Origin: the human T2T-CHM13v2.0 reference genome, Homo sapiens
Length of the DNA stretch: 64,000 bases
Strand: one strand, 5' to 3'
Assembly (NCBI RefSeq): GCF_009914755.1
Contig: NC_060929.1
Positions 29,901 to 43,700 of this stretch are shown piece after piece (the stretch's first letter is position 1; every line of letters starts with the position of its first letter). The notes under the pieces are model-generated. The model was not told where the DNA came from and ran no database searches. It saw only the letters and a program-made list of their open reading frames with translations. The position numbers and the translations under genes were made by a program.

Positions 29901-30904
29901 TCTCCCCTACGGCTGCTTCTCAGGCCTCCCTCTCTGCACCGCAGTCAATTTTCCGGGATTGGGATAGAAATGATGGCTTCTAATCAGACGAAACGTTTCT
30001 GCTGGCTCTAGGCGTTTGGAGAATGCAGAAGGAAGACCCCAAGGATCCCAGCCAGACCCCACAGCCTCTTGTACCTCTCCCCTTGTTTTACACCTTAGGC
30101 CTTGGCCAAATGGGCCAGGCCTGGCCTTGGCAGGCATGGGGTTGGCCTTGGCAGCCTTTGCCCTCCTTCAGGGTAGCTTTGTCCCAGCCTGGGGCCTGCG
30201 TCCTGGCTTCCCAGGGCTTCAGGCATAGGCCTGGTAAGCCAGGTGACTGCTGTCTCCCAACCCTGGGCCAGCAGCCCAGGAAGCCCTCAGTCTTCCAGCT
30301 TCTCTCCCACACAGTGGTAGCTGAGCTGCAGCTCCAATGGGCCTTCACTGGGCACAGGCAAAGACATTACTCTCCCACTCCTAAGAGTGATTCCCTCCTC
30401 GAGTCCTTGCACGTAGGTGAAGTTTGTCGAAGGATTTTGCTCAACAATTGTTAGCTGGCCCCGAGACCTCAGCGTCTTGAGCAAACAGGCCACAGCTGGG
30501 GCGGCAAGGCGCCGCCCTGACCTGCTCCTCTGGCCATAGGCGGACCCCAGACTGCCCTCTGCCCCTCACCTGTGATCAGCTCCACCAGACACAGCAACCC
30601 AAGGGAGCTGCGCCAGGATTGTCTGCCTGGGAAAGAAGCAGGGAGGTGTCCAGTGTCCTCACCCCAAAACCCAGTGCCTCCTCAACTCCTGGGTGGGTGG
30701 CACTGACTGTGCAGGTATCAGCGTCTGGGGCACTCTGCAGGTTCTGCCTTTGAGTCCTCGTCTTACCCCTTCCCATCACAGGGAGACACCCAGGGTCAGC
30801 TGAGCTCCTTGTGGGGGCTGCTGGGGCCAGGGTCGGGCATGCAGGGTGGAACCAGGCCTGCCTTCCATTCCCTCCACGTTAGTCCAAAGCACCCCCACCC
30901 CTAC

Positions 30905-30951
30905 CCCCATCCCCATCCCCATCCCCATCCCCATCCCCATCCCCATCCCCC
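30905..30951. repeat. (CCCCAT)7 microsatellite
   Basis: Seven perfect hexamers, read directly. Confidence 0.95.
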
Positions 30952-33849
30952 GCTCTGGGCCGTGGAGAGACAGCACAGCTCCTTAGGGCCTGGTCCTTTC
31001 TCACTGTGGGTCTGTGACCACAGGATGCAGGGTCTGAGGCCAGAGGGAGGACACTTCTCAGGGGTTTGGATTGGGGAGGCTCAGTGACTCCTGCCTTCTT
31101 CCAAGCTGAGATCTCCCTCCATGAAATGAGTCTTGGCTACGGGGAGGGGAACATGGGGAAGCACAGTTGCCCAGCATTTGCCCTCAGCCCCACCGTTGCC
31201 ATGTTTCTTGGCCACCTTTACCACGAGTCTCCTGCAGTAGAAGATCCCTCCTTTCAAGGAGATATTCAGGTGTTGCAGCGTGCTAGGGAGTGTCCCTTCA
31301 CAGACCATTCTTTTTTTAGCTGTCTTACCAAAAAGAACAGCCTGAATGCAGACAGCATGGGGGCACGCACACACACACACATCCTGTACATCCATGCGGA
31401 GATGCTGTACACACACATGTATTCACTGCACTATGGAAGTGCTGAGTTTAGGCATATATGTGCTACTTGGCATGAACGCGGGCTGGCAGGGGATAGGAGG
31501 TGTGTTCTAACCCTGCCACATGTCAGGCCAAGGTGGGAAGCACAGTGCGTCTCTGGGTAGAGACTTAGAAATGAATGGTCTGTCTGTGGGCCTCTAGAGG
31601 AGGTTAAGACTCACAGCCTTCTCACTTGCCTTCTCACTTCCCAGAGGGACCAAAGTGACTCTTTGGGCCATCCCCCAATGGGGACTATTCTGTGAGCAGC
31701 ACTCACTGCTTAGTCTGAGGGGCGTGTTTCCTCACTGTTAGTGCATTTAATGCAGTTATTGAGCACCTGCTGTGTGCCCCTCTGGGCCCAAACCTCTGGC
31801 AGGGCTCCAGGCAGGCACAATAGTCCCTTTATTTGGTGATCTTGATGCCTGCTGTGTAGAAGGAAAAGCCCTCAGACCATTTCAGGTGAAGCCCCATATC
31901 CTCAGGGGACCTGAGACCCAAAGAGGAGCTGGGGCTAGTGGGGCCTGCTGGCAGAGTCTGTTCTGCTGGGCCTGGGCAGCACTGAGTGATCAAGGAGTGA
32001 GGAGGCAATTGATTGTGAGGAGGCTGTGGCCTGATCTTGGGCGTTGGCTGGGGAAGGGACCTGGACATGCTCTCAATTCTTCCCCAGCTACACTCACTGG
32101 CCATTGTCCCAGTCAAGATAGGGGCTTCTTGCACGCTCACAGACACGTCACACATACAGGACAGAAAACAGCACTCTTTCAGGAGTAAGCAGAGGCTTTG
32201 TGTTCCCCCAGCTGTGCTATGTGACCTGTGTTTCCCTCAAGGTTAAGGCTTGATCTGCACTGTGCCTCAGTTCCCATGTCCAACACCGGACTCTGCCTGC
32301 TGCTTCAGCATCCAGCTCACTTGCTGATGGGACACGAAGAGAGGAGGGAAGGGGGCTTAGTGGAGCTGGAACCATGTGCCCTGTTCCCCACCCCTCCGTG
32401 ACCACACAAAGCCAGCAATGATTCTCTGATTTTCAAGAATTTTGGAGTTTAGGGTCTTGGCTGGGCTGAGCAGAAGAGCTTGGGCTGTTGTGGGGTTGAA
32501 GTAGTCACCATGAGGACCCTTCCTGAAGCCTGGCTCACTAAAAACACCCTGTGCCCAAGAATGGTTTAGTAATGTAATTTGGGAAGGGTGGTTGGAAGGC
32601 TCTCAGTGGGGGGGCATCCTTCTACCCACCCACGGGGGCACCGTGCCCTAATCCTTGCTCCCAGAATCAAGGTATTTTAGGAAAAAGGAAGGAATGTGCC
32701 ATGGCCTGCCACCAGGGCTATCCATGACTCTCTGGGACATTCCAGCCCTAAGCCTCTTAGTCCGTGGAGAAGTTCAAACTTGAAAACCCTGTTTTGGGAG
32801 TGCAGGTTTGGACCACCTACCTCTTTCTGCCTGATCTAACACCCCCTCCCCAATAAAAGCTCCCGTTTCTTTGAATACAGCAATTACTGGGTAAGTGGGG
32901 AGGAGGGTGCTCAGGTAGGGGCTGGAAAGACCTCACTGGCTCCTTTAGGCTTCCTGGGACCCCAGTCTGAGGCTTCCTGCCAAATGGGGATCCCCAGCCT
33001 GTCCCGGGGAGAGCCAGGATGTATTTGAGCAGGACTGCCGCCAGTGAGGCACAGATGGGAGTATGGAACTCAGGACTCTGTGCCGTGGGCCGCTCAGTCA
33101 GCGGCTGGTAGGACCCATGGCTCTACCCGGCCCATCTCTCACCTAAGTCCATGGACGCTGTCTGGTTCCTGAGAATGGCTGAGCTGTGGGGAAGAAGACT
33201 AGGAAGGAGGTAGCAGCTGGTCGCACAACTGGGGAGCAGAGGGGCAACTTATGGATGCACCATAGCCTCCTCCTCCCAGCGGCTGCTTTCATGGGAGAAG
33301 AGCACCCTGAGCCTGTCTGGAGGCCTCTGCATCCTAGAGTCCAGACAGCCTGGTCTCCAAGCCCCAGCCCACCTCTTTTCCTTTCCCTGGAAGAGATGCG
33401 GGAGGCCGAAAGCAGCCCCGGGAAAGGGCACGGGGACAGCAAGTCTCCTGTGCTGCCCCTGCTGCCTGTAGCTTTTGCCCTGACTACCGTAGACCTGAAC
33501 CCTAGACCTGAATCCTCCCCCAGTGGACAGCAACCTGGGATTTCCTCCCTCTGGCCCTGGTGGCTTTCAGAGGTCACAGGGATGTCAAGAGAATTTGTGT
33601 TTTTCAGAATTTAGTTTTTCAGAAAAGTGGACTAAATATTTGTAGATTCGGGGAATTCCTAAATCGGAAAAGCTTGGGACCCGGATTCCAGCCTGGGGTT
33701 CCCATTACTGCGATCCCGGCTTTGGGGCCCTGCCTTTGCCGCGGGAGAATAGGCTCCAATTTACGAAGCTGGTCAATTTCAGAAATCCGAGACCCGGTTC
33801 TTGAGAAGCGACTGCGTGCTCCGGGACCCTGCGTCAACAACCAAACCTG

Positions 33850-35060
33850 GGAGAAGCCGCGGGAATGTCTTTATTGGACGTTACGAAGGGAATTGGGGTT
33901 TCTCTCCTGGGAAGAAAAAGCCCGACCTGTGCCGGCGAGAGCAGGCTGCCTTGGGCTGGGGGCACCTCCGAGCGCTGCGGCGGGACGTCGGGGTCCGGGG
34001 CGAAGAGAGCCAGGGCGCGGACCGACGTCTGCTGCTTTTCTGCGGCATTGCTGCCCGAACGAACGAACGAACGAACGAACGAAGCGGTTTCGTTTAGGAA
34101 AAATACCCTCTTGACGCGAAGCCACGGCTGAAGTCCCGGGCCACGCAGAGGGGCCAGCAATTCCATGGGTGGTGGGGCCCTCCATCCCTGGACGCAGCGG
34201 GGAGCAGCGGGCGGCCCTCTCTCCTGCCCACTTCTCCTGGGGGTGGGGGAGCCCTGTGTCACCCGACGCTGCGAGGGGCTGCCACGGGCTTCTCAGGTTG
34301 TGCCCTTCGCGGGGCCGTGGCCCGTGCCCCCGAGGCTGCTACCCTCTTGAGGTGCCCGGAGCCAAAGCAGAGGGTTGATCCCGCCGGTTGGGTGAGGTAG
34401 CACCCGGTGACGGCGGCTATGACTGTGCCCTGGGCGCAGGAACGAGCTCCTCGCGCTGCCTCGAAGGCTCCTGACCTTCCGCGCCTTGCGCTGTCCCGCG
34501 CCGCCGGGTGGACCCACACACGCCAGGAGCAAACTGCGCAGGACTCGGCCGCCACCTCCCTGCGCCCCTCCACCGCGGAGACCCTGCGCCCCTAGCCCAG
34601 CGTCTCTTACCCCACCTGGGCAGCGCTGCGTCTGCGGCTCGTGGGCTCCGGGCTCGCCCGCCGCGGACTCTGGCTCAGGTTTCGGCTCCGGCTGGGGCCC
34701 CGGATCCAGCTCTGGCTCTGGCACTGCACGGTTCTTCGGCCCCTGCTGGTTCGCTACATCCCAGCGCGCGAGGCCGGGGCTTCCTCGGCTCGGCCCGCTC
34801 CTCCCGCCGCCGCCGCCCGTCGCCCGCGGGGAAGGCGGGGACACTGGCCGGGAGGCGGGAAGGGTGGGGGGAGGGGAAGCTAGGTGTTCGCCGGGACCTG
34901 CGGGGAGAGGGGCGGCGCGCAGTCCCGCCGGCTAGGGGTCCTGGCCTCCCTCGGGGCGTAGGCTGGGGTCCGCGCGGCTGGCGGCCGGGCCTCGAGGCCG
35001 GGGAGCGCGCCCTGGGACCTCCGTGGAGGGGCCCTGCCGCATGCGGACGAAGCCAGAGCG
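33850..35060 (-). ncRNA. C5orf66-AS1: Probable short lncRNA C5orf66-AS1 (Epist) in upstream CpG island
   Basis: Recalled annotation. The - strand has AATAAA at 33870-33875 and a donor-like GGG|GTAAGA at about 34610. Limits approximate. Confidence 0.4.
34056..34083. repeat. (CGAA)7 microsatellite
   Basis: Seven perfect tetramers, read directly. Confidence 0.95.
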
Positions 35061-38000
35061 GGTCCCAGCCTGGCCCTGGGGCACTTTCTCTCCCTGGGCC
35101 CAGTTTCCCACCTGACTCGTGAGGGGCTGGCCCTACTTCCGTTTAGACGGGGGCTGGTGGTCGAGTTTGGGGTTTTGAGATTGGACCTTTCTTCTTTCTG
35201 CTCAGCCTGCGGGAGGGAGCTGGTCTTGCGTGTTGGCAGGGAGAGTCCGCTGCCCAGAGCGTGGCAGCCAGGGAGGTTTGAGGACAGACCCCAGGTTTTC
35301 TGTGTTTGGGGGTAGGGGGTGTTAGGGTGGGGCAACCGCCCGACCTGCCCTGGTTGGGGGAATTGCCTTCTTCCCTCTCCTCAGGGGCTGGGCTGGTGAG
35401 GAAAGGGCACACCAACCCCTCAGGACAGACACTTCTGGGGCCCCTTGTCCAACCCCTATGCCTGCACATCCCCCAGCGACCATCCTGCTGCGGGCCTGCG
35501 AACGGTGACGCCTCCACCCCTGTGGCCCCGCAGGCCGTTCCTGGCTGGCTGCCGCTGGGAGACGGGCTGGACGCAAGGGAACTGGGAGCCTGTCCTTTGC
35601 CCACCCTCAGGCCACAGGGCTCCCCAGCGTTGCCTCGTGGCCAGATAACCCTGTGCGCGAAGCCTCATGGTGGAAACCAGTTGGCCGAACCTACTCCTGG
35701 TACCCCGAAGTGCCCAGCCTGAGCCTGCTTGCTGTTGGGATTATGGGATGGGACCACAGGGCAGGTCGGGCTGTGGCCTGCCTTTCTCAGGGACTGGAGC
35801 GGCTAAGCCTGCCCGCCGACGGCCACGGGCTCCAGAGCGACCGTTTCCGGCGCAAGGTGCCGGGAGATGGCAGCGCGGCAGCCGGGCCTGAATCTTTCAT
35901 GAGATGCAGTCAGCAGCGGCGCCTCCCTGCCTGGTTCTCGCCGACAGCTGCTGCGGGAGAGGCCGCGACCCGCGCCACCTCGGCGTCCTGCTAGTCCGTG
36001 CCTCCAGGGCCGCTTGGCCTGGGAACGCAGAGACCCACGACCCCCTCCCCAACCTCCGAAGCGGGAAGCCGGCCCGACCCAAGCTCACAGAGGCCTCGGT
36101 GTTCAGGCCCTGCCAGGTGGCCTCTGCACCCTGTCGTGCTGTTCCAGGGACTCCATACCCTCCTCTCAACCCTCGACAGCAGGAACCCCTCTCCAGTGGT
36201 GTGTGCAGGGCTCTGTGCACCCAGGGTCGCAAGTTAAGATAACGAGTCCCCGATGCCGGCACTAGCGGACCTGCGCCTGGAGAAAGTGCAGTCTACCAAC
36301 TTGGACCCTGTGCTGTGGGGAGTTTAGCCCCCTACGTCTACCCCCTCCCATTGACTGCTTTATGTGTAAAATGGCTTGTTGGCGGGTCCAGCCCTAGAGC
36401 TGCTAAGCTGAGAAGTTTCTAATCTTGTCTCTGGAATCTTCCTTCCACTCCAAGCACCAGGGGCATCTTTGGGCATAAATGCAGCCGCTGGACCTTACTA
36501 TGGAGGGCTGCACAGGCACTCCTGGGGTGGCTTTTACTCTGGCGTCTGTAGCAGGAAATCACACCTTCCCCCCTCCCTGCACGCTAGCAATTTTCCAAAT
36601 TTTGTTCCCATCTCTTGTGAGATTTTCTGCATGCTCTTGTTCCCAGGCAGGGCCTGTGGTGCCAAAAAATGCTGCCTCTGGCACCTGATGGCCTGAGCCA
36701 GAATCTTGTCAGTGGCTTTTACTAGTTGTGTGGCTTTGGCAAATAACATAACCTCTCCTAGCCTCAGCTTCCCCATCTGTGAAATGTGAGAATAAGTATT
36801 TCTGCTTCTTGGGAAACGGATGGGATAGTGAAGGTGAGGGGTTTGGTCCTGAGTCCTGTGGACAGAGGGGCTGAATGCTAATGGTGATAGCTGCCAGGCT
36901 GCTCTTTAAGAGAGTTTGCTCTTGTTTTTGTTTCTTCTTTCCCCACGGTGGTCATGTTGGTTGAGTCTAGGAGGAACAGATCCCTTTTCTGATTTAGTTT
37001 ATCTGCCCTCATCCCCTGCTTAGGTGCTAGGAAGTTTGGTCCAGGAAAGCTGGGCAGGCTGGTGCGTGGGGCACAACCAGGGCCTGGAAGTCAGGAAGTT
37101 CTTAGTGAAACTTGGGGGGTACAAAACACATTTTTTATAATCTTATTTTCTCTCTAAAAATATATGTATATATTTTTTGCAATTTCCCTTTAGTTTTGAC
37201 ATCTTGGGGAGCATATATTCCCACTGGCACAGTGGAATCAGGAATCAGAGAGAGAGGAGGTTTGGGGCAGGATTCACCAGGAACAGAAGTAGCAGTCCCT
37301 GTTCCTGAGTACCACTTTAGCTTTCAGCTTCCAGGTGCCCCATCAAAAAAGATCAGCAGAATTGGCTGAATTTTCTTTGTCTTTCAGTCCAAACTGCTGT
37401 GCTTCCTCTAATACAAATTTTTCTCCCTAGTGCAAAACGCTTTGATGAATTTGTCACATGGGTTCATGCTGAACATAATGGGCAAATGTCTGCAGCCACT
37501 ATTATATAGAAGGCCATAACAATCCTTCAGGCAGTGTTTTTTTTTTTTCTTCTTCAAATCTTAACACCAAGTAAAAGTAGGGGGAGTGTTCTTTTCCTTC
37601 ATAGCTCTTATTGCAACAGTATTGAAATTAAATATTTGTGTAATGATAGATTAAAACCTGTTGCCCCTACCAGTTGTAAGCTTCTTGAGAACAGGGGTGA
37701 GCCTCTCTTGGCAACAACTATAGGACCCTCCCCAGGGTGGGCAAGGGATTTGGTTATGCTGATTGGCTGGGTCCAGCTTACATGCCCACTCCTGCGCCAA
37801 TCACTTTGTGGGGGAAGAGTGGCTCAGGCCTTTGGTTGGCCAGGGTCAGAGGCTCCACCCCAGAATCACCATGCTCCTCCAAGAATCCTGGCATCTATCT
37901 GGAACAACTTCTCTGAGCTGGTGGAAGGAAAGGGTTGGTTTTACCAAAGAAGCCCCTGCCCTGTGAAGTTTCTCAGGGGCCTGTTGATGGTGTGGGTAGC

Positions 38001-40434
38001 AAGTCCACTCCAACGTGATGGGGAGGGATTGGCTCTGTTGGAAGAGTCTGAAGTCTGTTAGAATTGTTCCTGCACTCATCTGTGGGGAGAGGTGAAGCAC
38101 TGCCAGAAAGTCAGAGGGGAAGCTCAGAGTCTTGACTACCTGTAGGAATGGATCCGCAGAGCAAGGGAGGGAATGTATTTGTACTCCCCTTTTCACCTGT
38201 GAGAGGGAGGAAGTTTGAGGCTTTAAAAGTAGAGAGGACCCCCTAGGATCAAGTAAGATGTTAATGTATTTGAGCATTATTCTATTGCACTGTGCAATTA
38301 TTGGTAGTCAAAGCAAAATGAGAAGCTATTTGGGCATTTGGGCATCTCAAGTATTTTTTTAATTGCAGTCCTGTCAGCATCTGCATGGAATACTGGACAG
38401 AACCGTGGCCTGAGACCCTTCTAGAATGGCCTCTCAGGTTGGAAAAAATGTAGAGAGCACCTATTTTGTGCCTGTGATTGCAGAGATACAGAGATAGATG
38501 GCTCTTGTTCATTTGGGTTGAGTCAAGGAGGCAGACACAGAAATCCATTACACAGTTGGAGCACAGTGCTGGAGAGGAAATCTGCAGCCTGCTGTTGAAG
38601 GGTCTTGAGTGACACATGGAGGAGTTGGCTGTAACAGTTTTTCTACCACCTGGGGACCCCTCCCTAGGAAAATATACTGTGCAAAGCCTCTGAGGTGAGA
38701 TAAACTGTGGTATGCTTGATAATAAAGGAAGAACGTGTGGCTTCATAATAGCACTGGAACAGATGAGAAGGCAGGGCATAGGGGAAGAGGAAGTTGGAGA
38801 ATCAAGTGGGAACCAGATCCCACAGGGCTCCATAGTCCTTGATAGGAGGGTGGGATGTTATCCTGAAGGCAAAAAGGAGCAGATGAAGGGTTTGAACAGT
38901 GAGAGACCTGGCCAGATGTGTATCTTAAAAGCCCACTCTGCCTGGAGAGAGAAGGATGGATTTGAGGTGAGTTGGAAGCAGATCATTGCAGCATCATTTG
39001 CTGAGCTGCCCAGCTGCTCCATCTATCCCTTTGTTTCTCCATCAGTCCATCAGCCTTTGTCCACTCATCTGCCATGAATGCAGAAGGCCACAGCTTGGCA
39101 CGGGAAATATGAAGGTGAGACATTATGGCCCCTGCCTTTCTGGAGCTGCCCCCTCGAAGGCCTCAGTTTACCCATCTGTAGTCCTAGTGAGTCTCTCTCA
39201 TGATCACAAGCTCTGCAGCCAGTGCCTCAGTCTCCCTCCAGATATCTGACTGCTGCACAGGACACAGGGTGCTCAGGGCCCGAAGGGGCACAGCCACTAT
39301 CACAGATAGACAATTTGGGGAGCCAGTACAGTGAACAACCCTGTTGGAAGCTTTTAAAGTAATTGCCCTTGCCTGTGCTGGCTGACTGGCTGATGGCAGC
39401 CTATTAGCCCTGAGTTGGAAATTCTGAATTGTTTCATGACAATTGAACACATGATTGGAGGCTGGGAAGGAGTTGCCCATGAAATATTTATGTTTCCTCA
39501 GTGTTGTGGGCTGCTACCCTTTAGCCTGGGAACCCTGGATGTACGGGGCCAGTGGCTTCAAAGTGACTGCCATTGTTCCTGGGGGTCCTTGGGCCACCTC
39601 CATGTGAGGAGATGGGAGTGCATTTTGTGCAGTTGTAAGGGTGGTTGGGGGCCAGCACTGCTATAGCCTCACTCCATGCTGTGCATCCTGGCACTCCAGT
39701 CTCACTCCAGTACCAGAGAGGGAACAGAACCTGGGGACTTGAGATGCTCTATGTTTATGCCTGGCCCCAATTCTCCCTGTACTCAAGGCCTCAAGGCTCC
39801 TGGGAGTCAGCCTGCGTGCGAGTGTCAGTTCTGCCCCCTTAGTATTGTGAGCCTTGTTTTCTTAGCCGTTCAATGAGGGATGCAGAGTTCTTGCCTCGCA
39901 GGGTTGTGAGGGACAGAGATGCCTATATGTGGAGGGCCTGGCCCTCAGCCACAGCTCGTGGGACCATCCCGAGCAGCCCTTGGTAGATCCTAGGGTCAGG
40001 CTGGGGCTGGCTATGGGAGCCCCTACTGGATCCCCAGGGCTTTGTGGTCTCTTTTCCTCTGCAGATTATTTGAAGTACTCTGTATTTTTCCCTTCTCTGC
40101 AAATCCTAAATAAATAGGAGGGTGTGTGCCAGCCTGGCAGGCATTTCTGGTGGGTGAGGTGCACTGGAGTCTTGGTAAGGGATCCCATATGCCCAGCCCA
40201 GGCCTCTGCTCATGAGATTGAGGCTCTGCCATGGCAGAGGAAACTGGTGGGTGGTTCCTGCCTGGCTGCCTGACCTTGGAAGCTGCTCAGGGGCAGCAGG
40301 AGAAGGACCCCTGCTGTCTGAGCCTTTGGCTTGCCAGCCTACCAGCCAGCCCAGTGAGGGGCCCACTTTTCTTACCCTGGAAGGTGGTATTTATTCATCT
40401 TGCAGATGAGAAAATGGAGGCCATACTTCAGTCG

Positions 40435-40750
40435 TTCATTCAACAGGCAATTATTAAGTACCCACACTATGTGCTGGCATTGGGTGGGGTGCTGGGGACT
40501 CAGGAGTGATGGACAATGCTGGTGCAATCCCTCACAGGGGATCAGATCCAAAGATGAATGCATCTTTAGAAGTGGTGCAGTTTTGGAGCCATGGGAGCAC
40601 AGAACAAGGAGAGCAAAACTAACCTGGTGGTCATGGCAGACTTCCTGGAGGAAGTGACCTACTGGCTGAGCACTGAAGGTAGCAGGGGTTTACCCTGAAG
40701 CTGGGATGGGGGCAGGGCCATGACAAAGCTAGTGAAGGGCAGGTGCATCT
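40435..40750 (-). mobile_element. L2 3' fragment
   Basis: ttcattcaacagg...attaagtacccacactatgtgctggc, followed by degraded L2 body (gacttcctggaggaagtgac). Confidence 0.55.
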
Positions 40751-43700
40751 GGATGTTCTTATCCACCTGGGGCTAGGTGCACAACACCCTGTGTGCCCTC
40801 CTGCCCCTGCTGCCATGAGGAGCCTAAAGAGGCACCAAGAAGGGTTTCCATGGCTCCAAGGTGCTGGATTCCTTGCTGATTGTCCTCTCTGGGCTTTATT
40901 TTCTCACCTAAAAAACAAGAAGTGAGGTTAGTTAAGGCAACAGGGCACATTTTTCAGATGAAACTTTACTAAGACTCCTAAATAGAGGAATGAAATGATG
41001 CCCTGGTTGCTGTCTGTTGTCCCCTCTAGCCCCTTCTGATGCAATAGACACCCCCGAGGAGCTCCAGAGCTCCCTGGGCCACAGTTTGCAAACTGTAGGA
41101 GCCCCTTTAGAGGCTTTCCAGCCCAGCCTCCAAGGGTCCTGGACCCTGGGGATAGCCAAGGCAGCCTCCCTCTTTATCCCTCAGGGACCTGTTTCATGTT
41201 CCTTTTAAATATCCTGTTAGCCATTTGTGATTGAAGTCAGCAAGCATCTATTGAATACCTACTGGATGCATGCAGAGGGGCTAACACTTTCTGAGCACCA
41301 GCTGTGTGCTAGGTCTGAAGTGGGCTCATTTTATCAGGCTATTTCCCCATCACAACTGGCTGTCAGCTCATTTTACACATGAGGAACTCAAATTGGTTGA
41401 GGCTCAGTGACATGGCTAAAGCCCCAAATAATAGTAATAATAACACCAGCTCGCATGGATTAGGCCCCCAGGTGTGTGTCAGGTCTTCGCAAACATCTTC
41501 CTGTACATTAGCTCCTTTTGTTCTCAAAGCGAATCTGTAGAGCAGGGACTGTTTCCATCTTCAAGGATCAAAGAAGTCAAGTTGCAGGGAGGTGAAAGCG
41601 CTGCCTGGTGTCTGGGTTGTGTCTGGGGCTGCTCCCTCTCTCCTGCCCTTTGCCAGAGAGTCTGAGGCAGCTGCAGCCATGGCCTCCAGGATAATGGGCT
41701 CCCCTCTGTGTTCCTACTGTGTATGCAGGGAAACTGAGGCCCAGAGACTCACTCTCCCTAGAATATGTCTGCTCTCTGGGGCTCCATCTGGCACCGACCT
41801 CCGTCTTTCTTCATCCTGGCACTGACTATGAAATGAGAACCTGGCATCTCCCCAGAGACCTTGCCTTACTGGGGACTGTCTGTCTGTCTAGCAGCATTAA
41901 TCAGGGCACATTGACCTCAACTGGTTGGGCAGAACCATCCTGGTGAGTCCAGGACACAGGGTGGGGTCAGCCCCTCCCATGGAGGCTGGAGCTGGGGGTG
42001 CACCTGTCTCCCCCTCCCTTGCCTCCTGTTGGATTCTAGCTCACCCTCAGCCCTCCATCTCAAGCCTTGAGTCTTCAAAGGCCCCCCCACCCCCCCTCCA
42101 AAACTCCTCAAATGCCTGCACTTAGGTGTGACTGTCTGAGTGACACCGTCTGGATGCTATTCTTGCCCCAGGGGGAATGCATGGTATTGAGGAACAATGG
42201 TGGCATTTCAGGCAGGGTGAAGGGACGCTGAACTTTTGGTGGATAGAGAGACTCCTACTTTGGTATACCTGCAGTGGAGCCTTGGGGCCACAGAGGATGG
42301 GGGCTCCCCCTGGGCCTTGGAGGGGAAACTTGTCTGTGCACAGAGCCCAGATCTTTGCCGCGTAGACAAACACAAAGTGAGGGGACGAGTCTTGACAAAT
42401 GTTTGCCAAGTCCCCGGCTGGCTTGGGAGTCAGGAGTGAGCTTGTTTGGCAGAACAAAGGGGAAAGCAGCCTCCAAGGGGCCATAAATAGCAAGGAAAAG
42501 GGAGTGGCCTGGGCCTGAAGGCTCCATGAGACCTTGTCTCCAGGCTTGTGTCCTCTGCCAAAGCTGCCATCATCCTCTCCCACATGCTTTGGGCCAGCTG
42601 GCCAGAGCTTGGACCATGTTGGTGGCAACCTTCTTGCCCCACAAGCTCCATCTCCCTGGGAGTCCCTGGGTGCTGGGTCACCTGAGGTGCCTGGCAGGCT
42701 AGGAGGTTGGTGTGACCTGCACATCCCAAGGTCCCTCTTCCTGTAGGAACCAGGAAGTTTGGCTAAAGCCAACAGTGGTAAAGTTTCCTAAGAGGCAGAG
42801 CTGGTCTAGCCCTGGGACCTGGGAGCTTGTGACACCTGGATATACTCAGGCTGGGAGGGGCCCAATACTCCCATCCCCAGAACTGGGGGGCTCAAAGGAA
42901 CCTTGTTCTTTCTGCCCATATTCCAGACAAATATGGCCACCTACTTTTTTAAAGCAAGAGGGCAGGACAGGAGGCGGAGGGTGGCAAGACCAGACACTTT
43001 GCCTATTTGGGCCTCAGTTTGTTCACTGTAATATGGGATCCTCACCCTTGGCCAGCCAGCTCTGATCCCCCACCTTCTCACCGCCTGTAACTGTGAGCAT
43101 CAGGTGAGGTACTGCATCAGAGAAGGCTTCCTGGAGGAGGTACATTTGCACTGGGGCTCGAGACCCTGGCAAGACTTCCTTCAGAGCAGGTGGGAGGGTG
43201 TTTAGGAGAATGCACAGATAGGCAAGCATGTGGAGCTGGGGAAGGTGGGCAGTGTTTGGGGACCTGCAAGTTCAGTTGAGTTCAGGGTGGCAGAGCCCAG
43301 AGTGATCATGGGGGTGTGATGAGGTGCCTTTCCCACTCCCTGGGGACCATCTCAGGCAAGGATGTCTAAGCTGGGAAATGGCCTGAGCAGGGCTCTGCTG
43401 TAGGAAGGTAGGGAGGGAGCAAGAGGCGGCTGAGCTGGTCTGGATGAGAGGCCAGTGGAGGACTATAAAGGGCCCCTGCCTTTTTCCTTTGAGCTGGGAA
43501 GGAGGTCTCCTGGCAGGGGGTGGGAAGGCCAAATTCCTGAGTTCACTCTGATGATCTGGCCTACTTAGCAAGGCTGGGCCTCCTTTTTTTCTGAGTGGAG
43601 GCGGCCCAGACCCCCAGGCTCTGGCCCCTGGACCCCCAGCTGGGATGTGGCCTGAGCTCTCCATGCCTCAGTCTGTGTCTCCATGCTTCCCTCTGGCTCT

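Larger units (their letters stand above)
33640..36300. promoter_or_regulatory. Upstream CpG island about 5-7 kb 5' of PITX1
   Basis: CpG-dense, GC-rich, no credible protein ORF. Confidence 0.85.
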
